NCBI GenBank assembly: GCA_963693365.1
Contig: CAVNZM010000005.1
Coordinates: 7,572,710-7,636,709 of the forward strand
DNA from: Amoebidium appalachense
Taxonomy: Eukaryota > Protista > Ichthyosporea
Direction of reading: 5' to 3'
Length of the DNA: 64,000 nt
The translations under genes were made by a program, and so were the position numbers. The notes beneath the pieces are model-generated. The model saw only the letters and a program-made list of their open reading frames with translations, had not been told where the DNA came from and searched no databases. Position 1 is the first letter of the stretch. Every line of letters starts with the position of its first letter. Below are positions 28,530 through 42,900 of this stretch, in pieces.

Positions 28530-29062
28530 GGGTGGGTGGGTGGGTGGATGGGTGTGTGTAGATGTGGGTGTGTGTGCGCGCGCACCTGTGTGTGCAAAGG
28601 TGTGTTCAGGGGCACAGGGAGGGTTTGAAACTTTTTTCTCAGGTCATATTCAGCACTGCTGTTTTTTGGTAGGTACCGGCCCCAGGAGACATATACCTAC
28701 TTTCTAGACTGGGCCCGTCCAACAGACCGTCCAACAGACATGGCAGACTTCGCTGGGGCTAAATAGTGTATAAACAGGCTAGGGGGGTTGAGCTATATTT
28801 GTATATCAAAGAGTTCTAAGACGAAGGGGGGTCCGGGTACCGGACGGGTGGTGGGGGGGGGGGAGACGAGGAGGGGTGGAGGGGGCACTCGGGGGGCGAG
28901 GGGGAGGGGGGATTTACAGTTATGGCATTGTTTGCGTCTACCACTGTCTTGTTGATCTGTGTGCTGATGATGGTCGACTCGTTGACAAACCGAGCGTTGG
29001 CTGCATTCTGTTGGTCGATGGCCAACTTGCGGGTGGCAAGGTTGGCCTTGATCTGGTCTTGG

Positions 29063-29129
<67 letters not shown>

Positions 29130-29187
29130 GGGTGGGGTTGAGAGGGGTGGGGGGGTGGGGGCATGATGTGAGTGGGTCAGAGTATGT

Positions 29188-29235
<48 letters not shown>

Positions 29236-29530
29236 ATATGGGTGGGTGTGAGGGTCAGGGTATGTGTGTTCCTTACCGTTAAGGGGAAGGAAGGAAGGGG
29301 AAGGAAGGAAGGGAGGGAGGGGGAGGGGCGGGTAGGGGATTATTTGTGCGTGTTTGGGGGGGGAGAGGGGGGCGGGGGAGGGGGGAGGAGGGGGCGGGGA
29401 GAGAGAAGTGTAGTTGGTTTGTTGTGCGCAAAGCCCATGTAGGTCATTCCTTGTGCGTGCCGGTGGGTGTAGAGGGAGAGGAGGGGGGAAAGGGGAAGAG
29501 AGGTGGGGGAGGGGGGGAAGGGGGTGGAGG

Positions 29531-29572
<42 letters not shown>

Positions 29573-30312
29573 GGGGTGGGGTTGGGGGAGGGGGGATGTC
29601 AAGGCGCTGTTGCACAAAGGGAAAATGCAATAAAAAAATAGGGAGAAGGGGCTCATTCTGCATACAGCTCCACATATTAAAGGTAGTTGGGAGTGAAAAA
29701 CAAAGGCAGGTCAGCTCTTTGCCAAAATCTTTTACGTAGCAATTGTGTGCCTCGTTGTAACGTGAGCGGGAAAGCGGGAGTGAACGGGTTGAATAAGAGT
29801 TCTCCCACTGCCCACTATAAAAGGTTTCTATCGGTTGCTTTTGTATGGCCACACGTGCCATGACTGCAAATTAACCTGGAGGTGGCAAAATTGCGTGTGT
29901 TTACGCAATGTTCAAGTGTTCAAGTCTTAAGTGTGTGTGCTCGATCACAGGAGTTCTATAACGTTAATTAAGATTACTTCTTTTCTCTTCTCATGTGCTT
30001 CCTTGTGCTTGTACGTAACATCGTCACGGCTAATATGTGAGTGCAAGAAATCAACCATAGATTAAAAGGTGTGTGCCGACAAAACAAAGCGGAGAGTAAG
30101 GTTACCTGTGTCAGTTCCCTCGACCAGTCAGTCTCCCCAAACGCCGCCCGAACATTGGTCAATGTATTTGATATGGTTGTTAGTGCGGCGTTTCCTGTTT
30201 CGGCGGTGCTCTGCGTTCCTAATTTGGTTAGGAGCACAGCCTGTGCTTCGGCACAGGATATGGCATTTAACCCTACAAGGATGGCTGCACGAAAGTAGGT
30301 TGCTAAACCCAT
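22740..30312 (-). CDS. Uncharacterised secreted protein, 502 aa: signal peptide, helical/coiled-coil region, Pro/Thr-rich mucin-like tail
   Basis: Exons 30106-30312, 28918-29064, 27405-27505, 25744-25867, 24340-24438, 22740-23570 (1509 nt), all GT-AG with consistent phases and no stops. N-terminus [23 protein letters not shown]; middle ..[26 protein letters not shown]..; tail of Thr runs ending RRRV. Confidence 0.85.
23936..24120 (-). mobile_element. Intronic repeat copy with an internal tandem duplication of about 64 bp
   Basis: gatttagcaaggcatgtgcacaaagtatgcattctaaatagagcccatcttcagtggaggccc occurs twice and matches the family core aagtatgcataataagcagagcccatcctcaggg. Confidence 0.7.
24853..24990 (-). 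mobile_element. Intronic repeat copy, degenerate
   Basis: atgcatcaaagagtacgaag...agcagagccaatcctcaggggtggcccaagtcatcca follows a G-run. Confidence 0.7.
26310..27395. repeat. Minisatellite of about 70 bp, about 15 copies, each with an embedded (CA)n, in intron 3 of the secreted-protein gene
   Basis: Unit (ca)n-cgcacatacacacacatttactatgacattcctactttttaattaatttatgaaaacta; the array abuts the donor at 27404. Confidence 0.95.
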
Positions 30313-30595
30313 TATGACTGGTTTCTGATGTTTCTGTTGGCAATGTAATTGCGTTCTGATAGGTGGTAAATGCGTTCTGATAGGTGGACGGAAGCCGATG
30401 CTAACTAAGCCTTACGAACACCTTATGACTTTTAGGTGAGCATCTGTGGTGGTCTGGTTCAACAATGATTATGACTGGTTTCTGATGTTTCTGTTGGCTA
30501 TGTAATTGCGTTCTGATAGGTGGACAGAAGCCGATGCTATCTAAGCCTAACGAACACCTTATAACTTTTAGGTGAGCATCTGTGGTGGTCTGGTT
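30311..30595. repeat. Tandem duplication (about 155 bp and 128 bp) immediately upstream of the secreted-protein start codon
   Basis: attatgactggtttctgatgtttctgttgg...gagcatctgtggtggtctggtt occurs at 30311 and at about 30468. Confidence 0.9.
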
Positions 30596-31516
30596 ACGAT
30601 AACGCTATGCAGGCATGGGTTGAACATGCGCTAGCTGAAAAACATGCTCATGGTTTTATATTTTTACCCAGAGGTAGTTATTCATGCTACCAGAATTTCC
30701 CTCCTTCTGCGTGTCGGGCTGAGTTTCAGTTCGCAAGTTGGAAGTACGCAACACAGGCAAGTACGGCCGGTTTTGGGTTTTGCATCGGATGTACACGAAA
30801 GGCTACATTCATGATCCATCTCCCTACACCCTCAAAGCCGGTTCATACTTTTTCTTTCGGACTATCAGTCACCGGGAGCCTCACATGCCGTGATCTCATG
30901 ATGGTTGTTACTACTATAGTTAGAACCGAAAATGAATGCCCCAACCAATGATAAACCAAGGTGAATTCATTTATTACGTTGATATTTCTATACTTAAAAG
31001 CTACATAGATAATATAAATCCTGTGCCACTTAAACCATGCAAAGCAATACTGTTACATTATTGCAGTGTGGTATTTAGATATCCTGGAGATATGTGTCGT
31101 AACTTCATGATCAGCCATTTAGATTTGGATAACCCAAGCGGGTGTGGGCAGGTGTTGGGAATAACAGCCAAAAATAGAAACAAGTTTCTTCATCAGCCAC
31201 GTCACACCCGTGACTCTATAAGATTTTTTTTTGTTTTTGATTCTCTCATGAGGGTTTGGCTTTGCTCCAACTATCGATGGAGCCCCAAGCCCATGACATG
31301 TACGCAAGCAGAGCACGACCAACTTGAACCAAATAGGCAAATCTATTTTTAGATAATTTGTTGCCCCTGGCCAATAGCTGACTCAGCCTAACCCCGTCGA
31401 ATTCCTGCGCATTATAAATGGTGCAGATTCGAAAGCGCGTGCTCATGAATAAGGCCCGCTAAGCTCTCACGCGTACGTCTCATAACACACGAGTAGCGTT
31501 TTCTACAGCAATATAT

Positions 31517-31569
<53 letters not shown>

Positions 31570-31717
31570 AAGTTTGTTTGGCTATGTAAAGCACAAAACG
31601 TTTTCTATATTTGTCCGCGTATGTTTGAAATAGTACGGTAGGAATATTTAATACTGCGACCTCTTTGCCGCGCTCAAACGTGCGTTCTCCACTGCTTCTG
31701 CGAAATTCTAAAACACC

Positions 31718-33690
<1,973 letters not shown>

Positions 33691-33894
33691 CAGCAGGGGA
33701 CGCCCTATAATGGCCCATCATATACATTACATGCCATTTTCAATATACATTTTTGCTGCGGCTATACACACACTAAGTCTAGATCTAAAGGGCACGTGCG
33801 ACTGAGTGCATGCGTCAAGAGTGCGGGTGCATGTGGTGTGCGGTATGTACCAGTGTGTGTGCCTGTGTGCGTGTGTGTGGCAGTGTGCGTGTAC

Positions 33895-34127
<233 letters not shown>

Positions 34128-34193
34128 CAGGCTTACTCAGCGGCATCCGGTCACGAGGTATCAGTTTTGTGGCAGTTAACTTAGTCCAGGCGG

Positions 34194-35875
34194 TCACTGG
34201 TACTTATGTAGTAGCCAGATCGAGTGGCCGGTGTGTCTGTCTTTGTGGAGGTAGTAGTGGTCACCATTGGGGGCTCGGGCTCTACCTGGTGCAAGCCAGG
34301 TGAATTGGTATGGCGCATTTATGTGGCCGTCGGGTGCCTGCCAGGATGGTGGTGGCGGGGCGGGAGGCGGTGATGGTGATCTCTCGGTCCGGCGGTGTCG
34401 CTTTCGTGTACGGGGCGGGGTAGGTGGCGGCGTGCGGGTTGGGGATGAGGGCGGAGGCGGGGGTGGAGGCATAGGTGGAGGGGTGGCAGGGCGGAATTGT
34501 GTGTCTTCTGGTAGATCGGCCTCGTCAAGGGGTTGAGCATTAGCGGCGGCCTCTATGCGCACAGCTTCGGCCTGCGCTTGGTGCACATGTGGGGCGGCAT
34601 CTGGGTCAGCTTGTCTGGGAATGGAAGGCTCGGCTGGCAAGGTATCGTCTAATGGACGGGAGGGGCGATCGATGTACGGTTTGAGGCGATCGTGATGTAC
34701 CGGGTAGGCCGTTGCTTTACCTCGAGGAGTCATCAGTTGGTATGCATGGGTGGTACCGGGCCAGACGCGGCCGACACGGTATGGACCTTGCCAGTGGTGT
34801 GTGAGCTTCCCTGAGCGATATTGCTTTGTGGTTGGGGTGAACACCCATACGCGTGTGCCGGGCGTGTAGAGACGGGGTGGTTTTGTGCGTGTGCGGTCGG
34901 CATGCTCTTTTTGTTTCGCACGGCTTTCACGCAAGGTCTCTTGTGCTTGCGCCCGAGCGTATTGCAAGTTGGTTAGCATTTGCTCCAGGTACTAGTTTGC
35001 CCGGTAGTAAGGCGTTCAGCGTCAGGATGGTGAAAGGGGAGATCCGTGGGTAGGCGGGGATCGAAGCCATAAAGGAGGAACGCGGGTGTGTTACCACGGC
35101 TGGCATTAAGTGATGTGCGCAGAGCAAAGAGGGAAGTGGGTAGGTATATATCCCAGTCAGCCTGATGTGAGGACACATAGATCTTCAGAATATCGATAAT
35201 GTCCCTGTTTAGCTTTTCTACCAGGCCGTTAGATGCATGGTGATATGATGGCAGCACAATGCGGTCAATATTCAGAATACGGCAGACATCGGTCATAACC
35301 TCGCCTGTGAGAATCCTCTCGGCGTCGCAAAGTATGCGCTTCGGAAAACCATAGCGGCAGAACACGTTGTCAATGAGGCACCGGGCAATAACATCGGCGG
35401 CTTTTGAGGGGAGTGCAAATGCTTCCGCGTAGCATGTCAAATTATCAATCACAACGAGAATGTATTTGTTACCGTTGAAGGAGGCTATGGCGGGGATGAG
35501 GATGGCGGGGATGAGGAGGTCTATGGATATTTCCTCAAAAGGTTGAGCGGGCAGTCGTGACTGAAAGGGGGCATGGGGGTTTACACGCGGGCGTCTGGCG
35601 CTGTGGCAGGTGTTGCAGGACGCGACACAGTGTTTGGCATCAGCGTACATACTTGGCCAATAGAAGCGTTCACACAACTTCTGGTAGGTTTTTGAAAAGC
35701 CTAAGTGACCACCAAAGACATCGTCGTGGCATGCCTGCAGGGCCTGCTTTTTGAAACCTTTTGGTATCACAATGCGGAATTGAATTTTGTTCTTATAGCC
35801 GGGGTGGGTGGGCCCGATGTTGATTTTGTAAAGTGTTTCATTCTCGTACACATATTGGTCGCGTTCAAGCACTAG
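34194..35875 (-). pseudogene. Gypsy integrase (HHCC zinc finger, DDE core, GPY/F motif), frameshifted near 34975
   Basis: ACHDDVFGGHLGFSKTY..FYWPSMYAD..CNTC; ISIDL..ILCD..SNGLVEKLNR; WQGPYRV; VHHDRLKPY. Contains a 15-bp in-frame duplication (IPAILIPAI). Confidence 0.93.
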
Positions 35876-37592
35876 TGACATATACTAATCCGTCTCAGCA
35901 GATCAGCCTAAGTCTACGATCAAGATCGGGGGGGGGGGGGGGGGGGGGGGGAGGGGGGGGAAGGGGGGGGGGGGGGGGGGGGGGCGGGTCCACAGATCAT
36001 CAAGATCAAGTCCGGGGCCTCAAGATAGCTGTACAGCTGCGAGCATCTTGCCTCTGCCGGCGCAGGGCAGGACCACGTCAGCTGGAGCAGCCGACCAATA
36101 GAATTAGAATTAGTGTGTAGGATAGATCGTAGGAGGACTTTGGAATGTGATAAGTTCGGGCAGAAGCCCTTGTAAATATTGGCAAGTTTTGATAGCGTAT
36201 GCTGCCAAACGTATTTATATTTCGATGTATAGGAAGGAGTAGAGGAAGGGGGGGAGGGGGGGGGGGGGGGGAGATAGTATGAAATGTAGGTTTAAACTCT
36301 GCGGTGCCACTAGGGGAAGGGAGGGGGGTGTAGCTTGTCGTATCATAACTTGCGTGTACTAAGAGACGCGGCACTCTACTAAGTGTACCCACACGGAAAG
36401 GAACGAACGTGTACAGAAAAACTGTAAAGTTTATTATAGACCAGGCTCCGACGGGCAAACTGAGATCCGAACAGAATCCAGCTAAGTCACAACTGAGGCC
36501 ATCAAGGCCGCGCCCTACAAGATCATCATCACCTGGCCCCCTACGATGCCACATTCCATACATTCCGATCTAACTCTATCGTGCGCCTGCACGAGCTAAG
36601 TCAATCGGCTGGAGGGGGAGGGGGGGGGAGACCGAGGAGGAGTGTGAACGTAGTCGTAGGAATTTAATTTATTATCATAGGTGTCTCCGTAGGTATCAAG
36701 CCTATGGTGTAGATTAATTTATTATTTTTCTTTGTATTTTATTTAATTTAATTTTTTGGGAGACTGATTAGTCTATGTCTTTTTAGGGGGTGTTAGTTGT
36801 AATGTGACTGAGGTGGGACTCAGCTTTTCCGGGCCGGGGGGGGAGTTGACATATACTAATCCGTCTCAGCAGATCAGCCTAAGTCTACGATCAAGATCGG
36901 GGCGGGGGGGGGGGGGGGGGGGGGGGGGCCGGGGGTCCACAGAGGCATCAAGATCAAGTCCGGGGCCTCAAGATAGCTGTACAGCTGCGAGCATCTTGCC
37001 TCTGCTGGCGCAGGGCAGGACCACGTCAGCTGGAGCAGCCGACCAACTTGAATAGAATTAGAATTAGTGTGTAGGATAGATCGTAGGAGGACTTTGGAAT
37101 GTGATAAGTTCGGGCAGAAGCCCTTGTAAATATTGGCAAGTTTTGATAGCGTATGCTGCCAAACGTATTTATATATTTCGATGTATAGGAAGGAGTAGAG
37201 GAGGGGGGGGGAGGGGGGGGGGGGGGGAGATAGTATGAAATGTAGATTTAGACTCTGTGGTGCCACTAGGGGAAGGGAGAGGGGTGAGACTCAAATATTT
37301 ATATTAGTGTGAGCCGATTGACTTAGCTCGTGCAGGCGCACGATAGAGTTAGATCGGAATGTATGGAATGTGGCATCGTAGGGGGCCAGGTGATGATGAT
37401 CTTGTAGGGCACGGCCTTGATGGCCTCAGAAGTTGTGACTTAGCTGGATTCCGTTCGGATCTCAGTTTGCCCGTCGGAGCCTGGTCTATAATAAACTTTA
37501 CCGTTTTTCTGTACACGTTCGTTCCTTTCCGTGTGGGTACACTTAGTAGAGTGCCGCGTCTCTTAGTACACGCACGTTAAGATACGACAACT
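35876..37592 (+). mobile_element. Nested non-coding LTR element (TRIM-like) with a rearranged 5' LTR
   Basis: 35876-36330 repeats 36847-37286 directly, and 36332-36610 is the inverted copy of 37312-37592. The complete 3' LTR (36844-37592) has AGTTG...CAACT termini, a G-run PPT just upstream and AATAAA at about 37489. ACTAG is duplicated at 35871-35875 and 37593-37597; removing the insert restores the host frame ..LARRLVLERDQY.. Confidence 0.88.
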
Positions 37593-39440
37593 ACTAGCCG
37601 CCGGGCTAATTGCTCATTATCCAGTGGCAGGATATCATGTACAAGGTAGTCGATAATCCGCTTAATCTCCGGATCAAGCTGTTGTGCTTCCTTAAGTGCG
37701 GTCGGGTCGATGATAGTGTAAGAGGGTATGATAGCGGCAATAATATGTTCTTGTGTCGGGTGCACCGGTGGGTCATAATGAGAGCGTGTGGCAGTCGGTA
37801 CAAGATCAGGATCCGCGGTTGGGGTTGCGTCGGGGAGATCTGGTTCAGGCCAAATCACATCCTCGTGTGGCCTCGGTGCTCGAGGGAGGACGGGGGGAGT
37901 TTGGTGGTGCGGGGTGGTATGGTCGGGGAGGGTGGGGGTGCCGGTTGGGTTGCAGCAATCACCGATTGCTGAGGGCCAGGTGAGATGGGTGTGGTGTGTT
38001 GCAGGAGGGGCTGAGGGGGGATTGGGGGGTTGATGGGTACCGCAGGTGGGTAATGAGGTAAGTTGGCGTGACAGCGCATCAGGTACAACGTGCACGCGGC
38101 CTGGTCGGTGTACAATGTCAAAATCATAGTCTGTCAGCTGCAGTGCCCAGCGTGCAAGGCGGCCAGCTGGCTCCTCTTTTGTCATGAGGTAACGGAGAGC
38201 GTTGTGGTCAGTGATGACAGTGAAGCGTTGGCCGTACACGTACGGGCGAAATTGCTGAATTGCATGTAGAACCGCAAGGCACTCAAGCTCCGTGGGGGCA
38301 TAGTTTTTTTCTGCTCCGTGCAAAGCGCGGCTTGTGTAGGCAATAGGGTGCTCTATGCCATCGTCGTGTATCTGATATAGCACAGCACCGATACCGCGGG
38401 TGCAACCGTCACACGCGATATAGAAGGGTAGATCGAAGTTCGGGTGAGCAACAATCGGGCCTGACACTAGTGCTTGTTTGAGTGCTTCAAACGCTGTGGC
38501 GCATTCTGGTGTCCAATTCCATGCTGTGCCTTTAATCATCAGGGCACGGAGAGGGGCAGCGGTTTGTGATAAGTGTGGTATGAGGCGGCGATAGTGGTTG
38601 ACAAAGCCAATGAATGTTTACATATCTTTCACAGAAGTCGGTGTGGGCCAGGTTTTCACTGCCGTGAGTTTTTGTGGATCGGCTCGCATGCGGCCATAGC
38701 CAGAAACTAGGTGGCCCAGGTACACGACCTGGGAAAGTGCCCATGCACACTTCTCAAGGTTAAGGCGTACACCATTGGTAGCAAGGCGGTCGAACACTAG
38801 CTTGATGTGTTCCATGTGCTCGTCGAAGGTTTTGCTGTATATGATGATATCTTCTAAGTACACAGCGGCACATTTCCACGTCAGGCCATGCAGCACGATA
38901 TTCATGAGCCGTTGGTAGAAAGCGGGGGCGTTGGTGAGTCCAAAAGGCATGGCCACAAATTGGAAATGGCCTTCAGGTGTGCTGAATGCAGTGTACTTGC
39001 GGTCCTCAGGAGCAATGAGTGTTTGCCAGTATCCGCTGCGTGCATCAAGGCAGGTGAAAAATTTGGCACCCGAGAGGGAGTCGAGGCTTTCATCTACGCG
39101 TGTCATGTGGTAAATTGTGCGCTTTGTCTTGCCGTTAAGAATTCTTGCATCGTAACATGTCCTTAATTTGTTGGTATTTTTCTTTTTTACCAGTACCAGT
39201 GGGCTGTTGTATTCGCTAGTGGATGGTTCGATCACTCCGAAATTCAACATTTCCGAAATTTCATTCGCTATGACTTCACGCTCGATTTTCGCGTACCGGC
39301 GAAATTTTGAAGTGGTGGGGGTGTTATCTGTGAGAACAATGTGGTGGAAAATTCCCATGGCTTTGGTCATAGAGCCAACTACATTTGTGTTCGTAAGTTC
39401 GCGGTAATCGGACAGCAGCTGGACGACTCGCGGTCACGAT
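37593..39440 (-). pseudogene. Gypsy reverse transcriptase and RNase H
   Basis: RT: IEPSTSEYNSPLVLVKKK, LDARSGYWQ, MPFGLTNAPAFYQR, VYLEDIIIYS (YxDD altered to YLED). RNase H: IACDGCTRGIGAVL, NYAPTELECLAV, ITDHNALRYL, VPDALSR. Frameshift near 38600. Confidence 0.95.
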
Positions 39441-39927
39441 CGGCGGGGGGTAAGTGTTTCATTTCTTTTTCGCCGAGCGCAATAATCTGTTCATGAGTCA
39501 TCGTTGTGCGGGGATCAAAGAAAATGTCATCATGTTCACCTTCATAGTCAAAGGCTTGCGGGCGCGCCTCAAAATCAGGGTCGGTTGGCAAGTGGTCGGT
39601 TGTTGGGGGTTTAGGGGGATCCGAGGGTGGGGGGACCGGTTGGCGTGTCCGTGTGCGCGCATGCGTGGCTGTCACTACTTTTGGTGTGGGGATGTTGTAC
39701 TGCATTTCCTCCTCGGGCTCAGAGTCTGGGCCGGTAATCCAATCATTTTGTAAAGAGGCTAGAGGTCTTGTTGTTGGGGGGTGGGGTTGTGCAGATTAAT
39801 GTTTTCGAGAATATCAGGTATAGGGAGAATCACTTTTACTTCACCCGGCACAATGTAACCCATTAATTGCTTGCGGCTAAGTTTGATCGGATGGTTTGTC
39901 AGATTCATAACTTGTAAACTGACACGC

Positions 39928-42900
39928 CTACCGCTGCGGAGGGTGAATAGGTGGTACGCAATTTCCAAACCATCCAATCGTTTTAGCCTCTTTCGGCCAC
40001 TCGGGGGGGGACATATCTGCGTATGTGTTCATGTGTCGCGTTTGCAAACCAGGCAGACTGCATTGCAATCCGTCATATATACAGTGTGGGGGGATTATAA
40101 CATTCTCGAGGCAGCAGACGGAATATTGATATGTGGGTGCAGTTCGGGCGGCGGGAGAAGGGATGGGTGGGCCCGGTGGTGGGGGTGGAAGGGAAGACGG
40201 GGGTTGGGGTGGTGGGTGGGTGGATGCAATCACATGGGGTGGATGGCAGGGCGCCGGGGGGTGGGGGGGGTTGGCCGGTTGTGTCTGCATATGTGGGAGA
40301 GAGGCAAAATCTGGGCAGGATGGGGGGGTTTCCGGATCGGAGAGGGAGAGGGGTATTCCAGACACTGCAGTGGGAATCCAAGTACTAGTTGTGTCTTTCA
40401 CGCGTTCATAGGTAAAGCCAGTAACATTGCCAGTCATAGTTTCAGTCACGGTTTGGTTTACATGATTCAGCGCGGTAGGCGAGTACAGTACATTTGCATT
40501 TATTCCAGTGTTGACATTTGTAGAGGGGGCACTCCTGCCCGTGTCTATGTCCATAGCCGTATAGGCGCCAGCGTTAGCCAAAAGTGTCGAGGTTGTGACC
40601 GTCTGAGGATGGGCGGTGCCGGATCCCAGGTCCATAGGCGCAAGGCCGTCAGCATAAGCCAGGGAGTGGGGGGATGGTCTCGGTGGCAGGGGGGTAGGAA
40701 CAGTGGAAGCATTGGCGGGCCCGGGGCGGTTATCAGAGTGTCCGGGTGGGCACGGCGGAGCCTGTTGTTGCTTAGCGGCGGTAGGGCTGGGCGACCTGCC
40801 GCGAGAGAGAGGCAATAACATAAGTCTTTTGCGTTTGCTGTTGTGCACGGGTGGTGAGGCAGGACTGGGGGGGGTGAACTGCGGGGCAGGTACGCGTTCG
40901 ACTTGGCATGCTACTTCAGACCAGCCAAGGTGTGCATTTCCAATCATGAGCGTGCGGAAATCAATGAGTGCGGTGTGTATGCCTGAGGTGAGCAGTGTGC
41001 CCCAATAGTCTGTTCCAATAATAAGGGGAAGCGGGCTTTCTCGTGCAACATACACGCGCATTTTTCTATTTACGTGTCCCACAGTCAGAGTAGTGTGCAC
41101 ATAACCAAGAAAGTCAACTGTTGTGTTGTTCACTGCTTGTGCACGCTCATCGGGACAGGGAAAAAGAGGCAAGCGTCTGTTGTGTGTGCGCTGGTGTTCT
41201 GCGCTTAGAGCTTCATATACAGCCTGATCTGCAAGAGTAATGTACGAGCCACTGTCTGCGCATGCATTGTAAGGAAGGTCGTGTAATTTCACAGGCATAT
41301 GCAGTGCTTGCACAACTTCGTGAGAGGGGGGTCTTTCACGCGTGGTGGCCAAAATGCGCTGAAACCCGAGCGGGTAAAGGGGGCGGGTTTGGGTGTTGGT
41401 GGGGTGGGGGGGGGCAGAAGAAGGGGGGGCAGGGGCAGTGCGCAGTGGTGTTTTCTGTGCAGGTAGCATTTTTGGGCGTTTTGCATTCCATCTGCCATTT
41501 CTGTATCTATCTTCCTGATCAAGAGTGGCGGAGTATGCAATGGGATCAACTGGCCGTAGGTTTGGTTTGTGTGTGGTGGGGTGTGCGGAGTCCATTGTGC
41601 CTGTAAGTGCGCCACGAAAGCTCACGCCTACAAGTATACTGTGCGTAGTAGCAATGCATCTGCTGTTAAAGTTTACGTCTGTGGGTTTTGGGGTGGGGAA
41701 AAAGGAAGCCGTACGGGCACGGAAGCCACCATCACGGCCGCGGTCATCACGGTCAAAGCGGTTGTTACGACCAAAACGGTCGTTGCGCTCAGCGGGGCCA
41801 GCGGCACGCGGGCGTGTGTCGTTGCGCAAATCCTCCATGATCTCCTCGCAAGCTGCAGAGGCCTCAGCTACGCTGCAGCGGACGGCAGCGCGGTACACAC
41901 GCACAAAGTCCACCTCCAGGTTGGTGTCGTGGAGCATGCGGTGGTAGAAGGTGCAGCCCAGAAAGCGGAAGGGGTGGGGTTGGCCGTTGCGCGCTTTGCC
42001 CGGGCAGTCAAGGTCACCAAAGGGGCAGAGGCGTTCGGTGTTGTCACGGGGGGCGTCTCGGTCGGCAAAGCGCACCTGCTTACGCAAAGGCCCACCAGCG
42101 GCGGGGCGGCGGTCTTGCATGGCAGGGAAATCACGCTCCCCACCCAGTGGTCCGTGGTTAGCAGGGGGCATCACAGCGGCAATGGGACGAGGCGGGCCAG
42201 GCATGTAGCCACCACCAATGCGCGGCTCAGTGCACGTTTCGCTGCCGGTGGAGAGAAAGCGAAGGTGCTCGGGGATGGTGGGCCGTTTGCCGGTGATCAT
42301 GCGCTGGTCATACATCCAACGGTTCAGGCGCTCCATGGCAGCCGGGCACACACGTTCAAGGTTGCTGGACAGGTGGCCAAAGGCTTCGGCAGTCTCGGCG
42401 GCGTCGTGTGTGTTGAACAGGTTGTGGTAGTCGGTGGCCACCGTGGAAATCTTCGTGCCATCTGCAATTTGGTAGCTGCGCCAGGGGCAAAGCTCGTCGG
42501 GAGCTCGGAGGTGCACATTCTTCACGCGGGCAAGTGCCTCTTCAAACGTCAGCTCCGGGTGGACGGAGATGTCCTTAAGCGCATTCTTGTACACGTTGTG
42601 CTGCGGGGCGAGCAACAGCATCTTCTTTTCCCCGTCGGTGAGGGTGTTGGCGCCATCAACAGTGGTGAGGGTGTAGTTGAGGTGTGTCTCAAAATTCTCA
42701 AACGCGTCCTTGTCAGACGTGGTGACATTCATGAGGGACGCCTTGCAAGTCTTGAGAATCTCGGCGCGCGGGTTACGCAGCTGTTGGTCACGGTGGGCAA
42801 TGGCGAGAGCGGCAGCCAGGTTAGCATCACCCTGCTGGAGGAAGGCAATGGGTTGCATCACCGGTTGTGCGACGGCGTGACCAGCGGCAGCAGCAGCGTG

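Noticed and set aside
35876-37592. DIRS/Ngaro-type split direct repeats
   Set aside because: The first B segment is inverted, no tyrosine recombinase is present, and a PPT and target duplication fit an integrase-type LTR element.
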